Shown one piece after another: positions 55,601-64,000 of a DNA stretch of 64,000 bases. Each line of letters opens with the position of its first letter. Position 1 is the stretch's first letter. The stretch is from Naegleria gruberi (Eukaryota). The notes under the pieces are model-generated. The model worked only from the letters and a program-made list of their open reading frames with translations. It did not search any database and was not told the origin of the DNA. The translations under genes and the position numbers were made by a program. The stretch lies in assembly GCA_000004985.1 (NCBI GenBank), contig GG738869.1; one strand, given 5' to 3'.

Positions 55601-58600
55601 NNNNNNNNNNNNNNNNNNNNNNNNNNNNNNNNNNNNNNNNNNNNNNNNNNNNNNNNNNNNNNNNNNNNNNNNNNNNNNNNNNNNNNNNNNNNNNNNNNNN
55701 NNNNNNNNNNNNNNNNNNNNNNNNNNNNNNNNNNNNNNNNNNNNNNNNNNNNNNNNNNNNNNNNNNNNNNNNNNNNNNNNNNNNNNNNNNNNNNNNNNNN
55801 NNNNNNNNNNNNNNNNNNNNNNNNNNNNNNNNNNNNNNNNNNNNNNNNNNNNNNNNNNNNNNNNNNNNNNNNNNNNNNNNNNNNNNNNNNNNNNNNNNNN
55901 NNNNNNNNNNNNNNNNNNNNNNNNNNNNNNNNNNNNNNNNNNNNNNNNNNNNNNNNNNNNNNNNNNNNNNNNNNNNNNNNNNNNNNNNNNNNNNNNNNNN
56001 NNNNNNNNNNNNNNNNNNNNNNNNNNNNNNNNNNNNNNNNNNNNNNNNNNNNNNNNNNNNNNNNNNNNNNNNNNNNNNNNNNNNNNNNNNNNNNNNNNNN
56101 NNNNNNNNNNNNNNNNNNNNNNNNNNNNNNNNNNNNNNNNNNNNNNNNNNNNNNNNNNNNNNNNNNNNNNNNNNNNNNNNNNNNNNNNNNNNNNNNNNNN
56201 NNNNNNNNNNNNNNNNNNNNNNNNNNNNNNNNNNNNNNNNNNNNNNNNNNNNNNNNNNNNNNNNNNNNNNNNNNNNNNNNNNNNNNNNNNNNNNNNNNNN
56301 NNNNNNNNNNNNNNNNNNNNNNNNNNNNNNNNNNNNNNNNNNNNNNNNNNNNNNNNNNNNNNNNNNNNNNNNNNNNNNNNNNNNNNNNNNNNNNNNNNNN
56401 NNNNNNNNNNNNNNNNNNNNNNNNNNNNNNNNNNNNNNNNNNNNNNNNNNNNNNNNNNNNNNNNNNNNNNNNNNNNNNNNNNNNNNNNNNNNNNNNNNNN
56501 NNNNNNNNNNNNNNNNNNNNNNNNNNNNNNNNNNNNNNNNNNNNNNNNNNNNNNNNNNNNNNNNNNNNNNNNNNNNNNNNNNNNNNNNNNNNNNNNNNNN
56601 NNNNNNNNNNNNNNNNNNNNNNNNNNNNNNNNNNNNNNNNNNNNNNNNNNNNNNNNNNNNNNNNNNNNNNNNNNNNNNNNNNNNNNNNNNNNNNNNNNNN
56701 NNNNNNNNNNNNNNNNNNNNNNNNNNNNNNNNNNNNNNNNNNNNNNNNNNNNNNNNNNNNNNNNNNNNNNNNNNNNNNNNNNNNNNNNNNNNNNNNNNNN
56801 NNNNNNNNNNNNNNNNNNNNNNNNNNNNNNNNNNNNNNNNNNNNNNNNNNNNNNNNNNNNNNNNNNNNNNNNNNNNNNNNNNNNNNNNNNNNNNNNNNNN
56901 NNNNNNNNNNNNNNNNNNNNNNNNNNNNNNNNNNNNNNNNNNNNNNNNNNNNNNNNNNNNNNNNNNNNNNNNNNNNNNNNNNNNNNNNNNNNNNNNNNNN
57001 NNNNNNNNNNNNNNNNNNNNNNNNNNNNNNNNNNNNNNNNNNNNNNNNNNNNNNNNNNNNNNNNNNNNNNNNNNNNNNNNNNNNNNNNNNNNNNNNNNNN
57101 NNNNNNNNNNNNNNNNNNNNNNNNNNNNNNNNNNNNNNNNNNNNNNNNNNNNNNNNNNNNNNNNNNNNNNNNNNNNNNNNNNNNNNNNNNNNNNNNNNNN
57201 NNNNNNNNNNNNNNNNNNNNNNNNNNNNNNNNNNNNNNNNNNNNNNNNNNNNNNNNNNNNNNNNNNNNNNNNNNNNNNNNNNNNNNNNNNNNNNNNNNNN
57301 NNNNNNNNNNNNNNNNNNNNNNNNNNNNNNNNNNNNNNNNNNNNNNNNNNNNNNNNNNNNNNNNNNNNNNNNNNNNNNNNNNNNNNNNNNNNNNNNNNNN
57401 NNNNNNNNNNNNNNNNNNNNNNNNNNNNNNNNNNNNNNNNNNNNNNNNNNNNNNNNNNNNNNNNNNNNNNNNNNNNNNNNNNNNNNNNNNNNNNNNNNNN
57501 NNNNNNNNNNNNNNNNNNNNNNNNNNNNNNNNNNNNNNNNNNNNNNNNNNNNNNNNNNNNNNNNNNNNNNNNNNNNNNNNNNNNNNNNNNNNNNNNNNNN
57601 NNNNNNNNNNNNNNNNNNNNNNNNNNNNNNNNNNNNNNNNNNNNNNNNNNNNNNNNNNNNNNNNNNNNNNNNNNNNNNNNNNNNNNNNNNNNNNNNNNNN
57701 NNNNNNNNNNNNNNNNNNNNNNNNNNNNNNNNNNNNNNNNNNNNNNNNNNNNNNNNNNNNNNNNNNNNNNNNNNNNNNNNNNNNNNNNNNNNNNNNNNNN
57801 NNNNNNNNNNNNNNNNNNNNNNNNNNNNNNNNNNNNNNNNNNNNNNNNNNNNNNNNNNNNNNNNNNNNNNNNNNNNNNNNNNNNNNNNNNNNNNNNNNNN
57901 NNNNNNNNNNNNNNNNNNNNNNNNNNNNNNNNNNNNNNNNNNNNNNNNNNNNNNNNNNNNNNNNNNNNNNNNNNNNNNNNNNNNNNNNNNNNNNNNNNNN
58001 NNNNNNNNNNNNNNNNNNNNNNNNNNNNNNNNNNNNNNNNNNNNNNNNNNNNNNNNNNNNNNNNNNNNNNNNNNNNNNNNNNNNNNNNNNNNNNNNNNNN
58101 NNNNNNNNNNNNNNNNNNNNNNNNNNNNNNNNNNNNNNNNNNNNNNNNNNNNNNNNNNNNNNNNNNNNNNNNNNNNNNNNNNNNNNNNNNNNNNNNNNNN
58201 NNNNNNNNNNNNNNNNNNNNNNNNNNNNNNNNNNNNNNNNNNNNNNNNNNNNNNNNNNNNNNNNNNNNNNNNNNNNNNNNNNNNNNNNNNNNNNNNNNNN
58301 NNNNNNNNNNNNNNNNNNNNNNNNNNNNNNNNNNNNNNNNNNNNNNNNNNNNNNNNNNNNNNNNNNNNNNNNNNNNNNNNNNNNNNNNNNNNNNNNNNNN
58401 NNNNNNNNNNNNNNNNNNNNNNNNNNNNNNNNNNNNNNNNNNNNNNNNNNNNNNNNNNNNNNNNNNNNNNNNNNNNNNNNNNNNNNNNNNNNNNNNNNNN
58501 NNNNNNNNNNNNNNNNNNNNNNNNNNNNNNNNNNNNNNNNNNNNNNNNNNNNNNNNNNNNNNNNNNNNNNNNNNNNNNNNNNNNNNNNNNNNNNNNNNNN

Positions 58601-61600
58601 NNNNNNNNNNNNNNNNNNNNNNNNNNNNNNNNNNNNNNNNNNNNNNNNNNNNNNNNNNNNNNNNNNNNNNNNNNNNNNNNNNNNNNNNNNNNNNNNNNNN
58701 NNNNNNNNNNNNNNNNNNNNNNNNNNNNNNNNNNNNNNNNNNNNNNNNNNNNNNNNNNNNNNNNNNNNNNNNNNNNNNNNNNNNNNNNNNNNNNNNNNNN
58801 NNNNNNNNNNNNNNNNNNNNNNNNNNNNNNNNNNNNNNNNNNNNNNNNNNNNNNNNNNNNNNNNNNNNNNNNNNNNNNNNNNNNNNNNNNNNNNNNNNNN
58901 NNNNNNNNNNNNNNNNNNNNNNNNNNNNNNNNNNNNNNNNNNNNNNNNNNNNNNNNNNNNNNNNNNNNNNNNNNNNNNNNNNNNNNNNNNNNNNNNNNNN
59001 NNNNNNNNNNNNNNNNNNNNNNNNNNNNNNNNNNNNNNNNNNNNNNNNNNNNNNNNNNNNNNNNNNNNNNNNNNNNNNNNNNNNNNNNNNNNNNNNNNNN
59101 NNNNNNNNNNNNNNNNNNNNNNNNNNNNNNNNNNNNNNNNNNNNNNNNNNNNNNNNNNNNNNNNNNNNNNNNNNNNNNNNNNNNNNNNNNNNNNNNNNNN
59201 NNNNNNNNNNNNNNNNNNNNNNNNNNNNNNNNNNNNNNNNNNNNNNNNNNNNNNNNNNNNNNNNNNNNNNNNNNNNNNNNNNNNNNNNNNNNNNNNNNNN
59301 NNNNNNNNNNNNNNNNNNNNNNNNNNNNNNNNNNNNNNNNNNNNNNNNNNNNNNNNNNNNNNNNNNNNNNNNNNNNNNNNNNNNNNNNNNNNNNNNNNNN
59401 NNNNNNNNNNNNNNNNNNNNNNNNNNNNNNNNNNNNNNNNNNNNNNNNNNNNNNNNNNNNNNNNNNNNNNNNNNNNNNNNNNNNNNNNNNNNNNNNNNNN
59501 NNNNNNNNNNNNNNNNNNNNNNNNNNNNNNNNNNNNNNNNNNNNNNNNNNNNNNNNNNNNNNNNNNNNNNNNNNNNNNNNNNNNNNNNNNNNNNNNNNNN
59601 NNNNNNNNNNNNNNNNNNNNNNNNNNNNNNNNNNNNNNNNNNNNNNNNNNNNNNNNNNNNNNNNNNNNNNNNNNNNNNNNNNNNNNNNNNNNNNNNNNNN
59701 NNNNNNNNNNNNNNNNNNNNNNNNNNNNNNNNNNNNNNNNNNNNNNNNNNNNNNNNNNNNNNNNNNNNNNNNNNNNNNNNNNNNNNNNNNNNNNNNNNNN
59801 NNNNNNNNNNNNNNNNNNNNNNNNNNNNNNNNNNNNNNNNNNNNNNNNNNNNNNNNNNNNNNNNNNNNNNNNNNNNNNNNNNNNNNNNNNNNNNNNNNNN
59901 NNNNNNNNNNNNNNNNNNNNNNNNNNNNNNNNNNNNNNNNNNNNNNNNNNNNNNNNNNNNNNNNNNNNNNNNNNNNNNNNNNNNNNNNNNNNNNNNNNNN
60001 NNNNNNNNNNNNNNNNNNNNNNNNNNNNNNNNNNNNNNNNNNNNNNNNNNNNNNNNNNNNNNNNNNNNNNNNNNNNNNNNNNNNNNNNNNNNNNNNNNNN
60101 NNNNNNNNNNNNNNNNNNNNNNNNNNNNNNNNNNNNNNNNNNNNNNNNNNNNNNNNNNNNNNNNNNNNNNNNNNNNNNNNNNNNNNNNNNNNNNNNNNNN
60201 NNNNNNNNNNNNNNNNNNNNNNNNNNNNNNNNNNNNNNNNNNNNNNNNNNNNNNNNNNNNNNNNNNNNNNNNNNNNNNNNNNNNNNNNNNNNNNNNNNNN
60301 NNNNNNNNNNNNNNNNNNNNNNNNNNNNNNNNNNNNNNNNNNNNNNNNNNNNNNNNNNNNNNNNNNNNNNNNNNNNNNNNNNNNNNNNNNNNNNNNNNNN
60401 NNNNNNNNNNNNNNNNNNNNNNNNNNNNNNNNNNNNNNNNNNNNNNNNNNNNNNNNNNNNNNNNNNNNNNNNNNNNNNNNNNNNNNNNNNNNNNNNNNNN
60501 NNNNNNNNNNNNNNNNNNNNNNNNNNNNNNNNNNNNNNNNNNNNNNNNNNNNNNNNNNNNNNNNNNNNNNNNNNNNNNNNNNNNNNNNNNNNNNNNNNNN
60601 NNNNNNNNNNNNNNNNNNNNNNNNNNNNNNNNNNNNNNNNNNNNNNNNNNNNNNNNNNNNNNNNNNNNNNNNNNNNNNNNNNNNNNNNNNNNNNNNNNNN
60701 NNNNNNNNNNNNNNNNNNNNNNNNNNNNNNNNNNNNNNNNNNNNNNNNNNNNNNNNNNNNNNNNNNNNNNNNNNNNNNNNNNNNNNNNNNNNNNNNNNNN
60801 NNNNNNNNNNNNNNNNNNNNNNNNNNNNNNNNNNNNNNNNNNNNNNNNNNNNNNNNNNNNNNNNNNNNNNNNNNNNNNNNNNNNNNNNNNNNNNNNNNNN
60901 NNNNNNNNNNNNNNNNNNNNNNNNNNNNNNNNNNNNNNNNNNNNNNNNNNNNNNNNNNNNNNNNNNNNNNNNNNNNNNNNNNNNNNNNNNNNNNNNNNNN
61001 NNNNNNNNNNNNNNNNNNNNNNNNNNNNNNNNNNNNNNNNNNNNNNNNNNNNNNNNNNNNNNNNNNNNNNNNNNNNNNNNNNNNNNNNNNNNNNNNNNNN
61101 NNNNNNNNNNNNNNNNNNNNNNNNNNNNNNNNNNNNNNNNNNNNNNNNNNNNNNNNNNNNNNNNNNNNNNNNNNNNNNNNNNNNNNNNNNNNNNNNNNNN
61201 NNNNNNNNNNNNNNNNNNNNNNNNNNNNNNNNNNNNNNNNNNNNNNNNNNNNNNNNNNNNNNNNNNNNNNNNNNNNNNNNNNNNNNNNNNNNNNNNNNNN
61301 NNNNNNNNNNNNNNNNNNNNNNNNNNNNNNNNNNNNNNNNNNNNNNNNNNNNNNNNNNNNNNNNNNNNNNNNNNNNNNNNNNNNNNNNNNNNNNNNNNNN
61401 NNNNNNNNNNNNNNNNNNNNNNNNNNNNNNNNNNNNNNNNNNNNNNNNNNNNNNNNNNNNNNNNNNNNNNNNNNNNNNNNNNNNNNNNNNNNNNNNNNNN
61501 NNNNNNNNNNNNNNNNNNNNNNNNNNNNNNNNNNNNNNNNNNNNNNNNNNNNNNNNNNNNNNNNNNNNNNNNNNNNNNNNNNNNNNNNNNNNNNNNNNNN

Positions 61601-64000
61601 NNNNNNNNNNNNNNNNNNNNNNNNNNNNNNNNNNNNNNNNNNNNNNNNNNNNNNNNNNNNNNNNNNNNNNNNNNNNNNNNNNNNNNNNNNNNNNNNNNNN
61701 NNNNNNNNNNNNNNNNNNNNNNNNNNNNNNNNNNNNNNNNNNNNNNNNNNNNNNNNNNNNNNNNNNNNNNNNNNNNNNNNNNNNNNNNNNNNNNNNNNNN
61801 NNNNNNNNNNNNNNNNNNNNNNNNNNNNNNNNNNNNNNNNNNNNNNNNNNNNNNNNNNNNNNNNNNNNNNNNNNNNNNNNNNNNNNNNNNNNNNNNNNNN
61901 NNNNNNNNNNNNNNNNNNNNNNNNNNNNNNNNNNNNNNNNNNNNNNNNNNNNNNNNNNNNNNNNNNNNNNNNNNNNNNNNNNNNNNNNNNNNNNNNNNNN
62001 NNNNNNNNNNNNNNNNNNNNNNNNNNNNNNNNNNNNNNNNNNNNNNNNNNNNNNNNNNNNNNNNNNNNNNNNNNNNNNNNNNNNNNNNNNNNNNNNNNNN
62101 NNNNNNNNNNNNNNNNNNNNNNNNNNNNNNNNNNNNNNNNNNNNNNNNNNNNNNNNNNNNNNNNNNNNNNNNNNNNNNNNNNNNNNNNNNNNNNNNNNNN
62201 NNNNNNNNNNNNNNNNNNNNNNNNNNNNNNNNNNNNNNNNNNNNNNNNNNNNNNNNNNNNNNNNNNNNNNNNNNNNNNNNNNNNNNNNNNNNNNNNNNNN
62301 NNNNNNNNNNNNNNNNNNNNNNNNNNNNNNNNNNNNNNNNNNNNNNNNNNNNNNNNNNNNNNNNNNNNNNNNNNNNNNNNNNNNNNNNNNNNNNNNNNNN
62401 NNNNNNNNNNNNNNNNNNNNNNNNNNNNNNNNNNNNNNNNNNNNNNNNNNNNNNNNNNNNNNNNNNNNNNNNNNNNNNNNNNNNNNNNNNNNNNNNNNNN
62501 NNNNNNNNNNNNNNNNNNNNNNNNNNNNNNNNNNNNNNNNNNNNNNNNNNNNNNNNNNNNNNNNNNNNNNNNNNNNNNNNNNNNNNNNNNNNNNNNNNNN
62601 NNNNNNNNNNNNNNNNNNNNNNNNNNNNNNNNNNNNNNNNNNNNNNNNNNNNNNNNNNNNNNNNNNNNNNNNNNNNNNNNNNNNNNNNNNNNNNNNNNNN
62701 NNNNNNNNNNNNNNNNNNNNNNNNNNNNNNNNNNNNNNNNNNNNNNNNNNNNNNNNNNNNNNNNNNNNNNNNNNNNNNNNNNNNNNNNNNNNNNNNNNNN
62801 NNNNNNNNNNNNNNNNNNNNNNNNNNNNNNNNNNNNNNNNNNNNNNNNNNNNNNNNNNNNNNNNNNNNNNNNNNNNNNNNNNNNNNNNNNNNNNNNNNNN
62901 NNNNNNNNNNNNNNNNNNNNNNNNNNNNNNNNNNNNNNNNNNNNNNNNNNNNNNNNNNNNNNNNNNNNNNNNNNNNNNNNNNNNNNNNNNNNNNNNNNNN
63001 NNNNNNNNNNNNNNNNNNNNNNNNNNNNNNNNNNNNNNNNNNNNNNNNNNNNNNNNNNNNNNNNNNNNNNNNNNNNNNNNNNNNNNNNNNNNNNNNNNNN
63101 NNNNNNNNNNNNNNNNNNNNNNNNNNNNNNNNNNNNNNNNNNNNNNNNNNNNNNNNNNNNNNNNNNNNNNNNNNNNNNNNNNNNNNNNNNNNNNNNNNNN
63201 NNNNNNNNNNNNNNNNNNNNNNNNNNNNNNNNNNNNNNNNNNNNNNNNNNNNNNNNNNNNNNNNNNNNNNNNNNNNNNNNNNNNNNNNNNNNNNNNNNNN
63301 NNNNNNNNNNNNNNNNNNNNNNNNNNNNNNNNNNNNNNNNNNNNNNNNNNNNNNNNNNNNNNNNNNNNNNNNNNNNNNNNNNNNNNNNNNNNNNNNNNNN
63401 NNNNNNNNNNNNNNNNNNNNNNNNNNNNNNNNNNNNNNNNNNNNNNNNNNNNNNNNNNNNNNNNNNNNNNNNNNNNNNNNNNNNNNNNNNNNNNNNNNNN
63501 NNNNNNNNNNNNNNNNNNNNNNNNNNNNNNNNNNNNNNNNNNNNNNNNNNNNNNNNNNNNNNNNNNNNNNNNNNNNNNNNNNNNNNNNNNNNNNNNNNNN
63601 NNNNNNNNNNNNNNNNNNNNNNNNNNNNNNNNNNNNNNNNNNNNNNNNNNNNNNNNNNNNNNNNNNNNNNNNNNNNNNNNNNNNNNNNNNNNNNNNNNNN
63701 NNNNNNNNNNNNNNNNNNNNNNNNNNNNNNNNNNNNNNNNNNNNNNNNNNNNNNNNNNNNNNNNNNNNNNNNNNNNNNNNNNNNNNNNNNNNNNNNNNNN
63801 NNNNNNNNNNNNNNNNNNNNNNNNNNNNNNNNNNNNNNNNNNNNNNNNNNNNNNNNNNNNNNNNNNNNNNNNNNNNNNNNNNNNNNNNNNNNNNNNNNNN
63901 NNNNNNNNNNNNNNNNNNNNNNNNNNNNNNNNNNNNNNNNNNNNNNNNNNNNNNNNNNNNNNNNNNNNNNNNNNNNNNNNNNNNNNNNNNNNNNNNNNNN
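4695..64000. other. N run of 59,306 nt, either a sized scaffold gap or masked region. It holds no information.
   Basis: Uninterrupted n from 4695 to the end of the window. Confidence 0.99.

Overview
Only about 3.5 kb of this 64-kb window is real sequence (1-657, 708-2291, 3458-4694). The rest is N: a 50-nt gap at 658-707, a 1,166-nt gap at 2292-3457 and a 59,306-nt run from 4695 to the window end. The readable DNA is eukaryotic and AT-rich, with three recognisable protein-coding genes. (1) A minus-strand fragment of a Y-family translesion DNA polymerase (Pol eta/Rad30-like) at 1-657; its coding GC is about 15%. (2) A plus-strand fungal-type Zn(II)2Cys6 transcription factor starting at 1755. 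It has Asn/Ser/Met/Gln low-complexity tracts, is interrupted by the 1.2-kb N gap, and ends at 3854. (3) The C-terminal half of an alpha-tubulin gene on the minus strand (stop at 4065-4067), running off into the large gap. Between the polymerase and the transcription factor lies a roughly 0.9-kb segment of different composition (about 38% GC, CpG-containing) with no convincing gene. I see no prokaryotic signatures, CRISPR array or defence-like cassette. There is nothing I can honestly call a novel system. About 95% of the window is undetermined, so anything could lie in the gaps but nothing there can be assessed. The main second-look items are composition and codon-usage contrasts between neighbouring genes, discontinuity at the 50-N gap, unusual alpha-tubulin residues and C-terminus, and what look like read-end artefacts (1-nt deletions, a GGATCC junction) at the contig edge.
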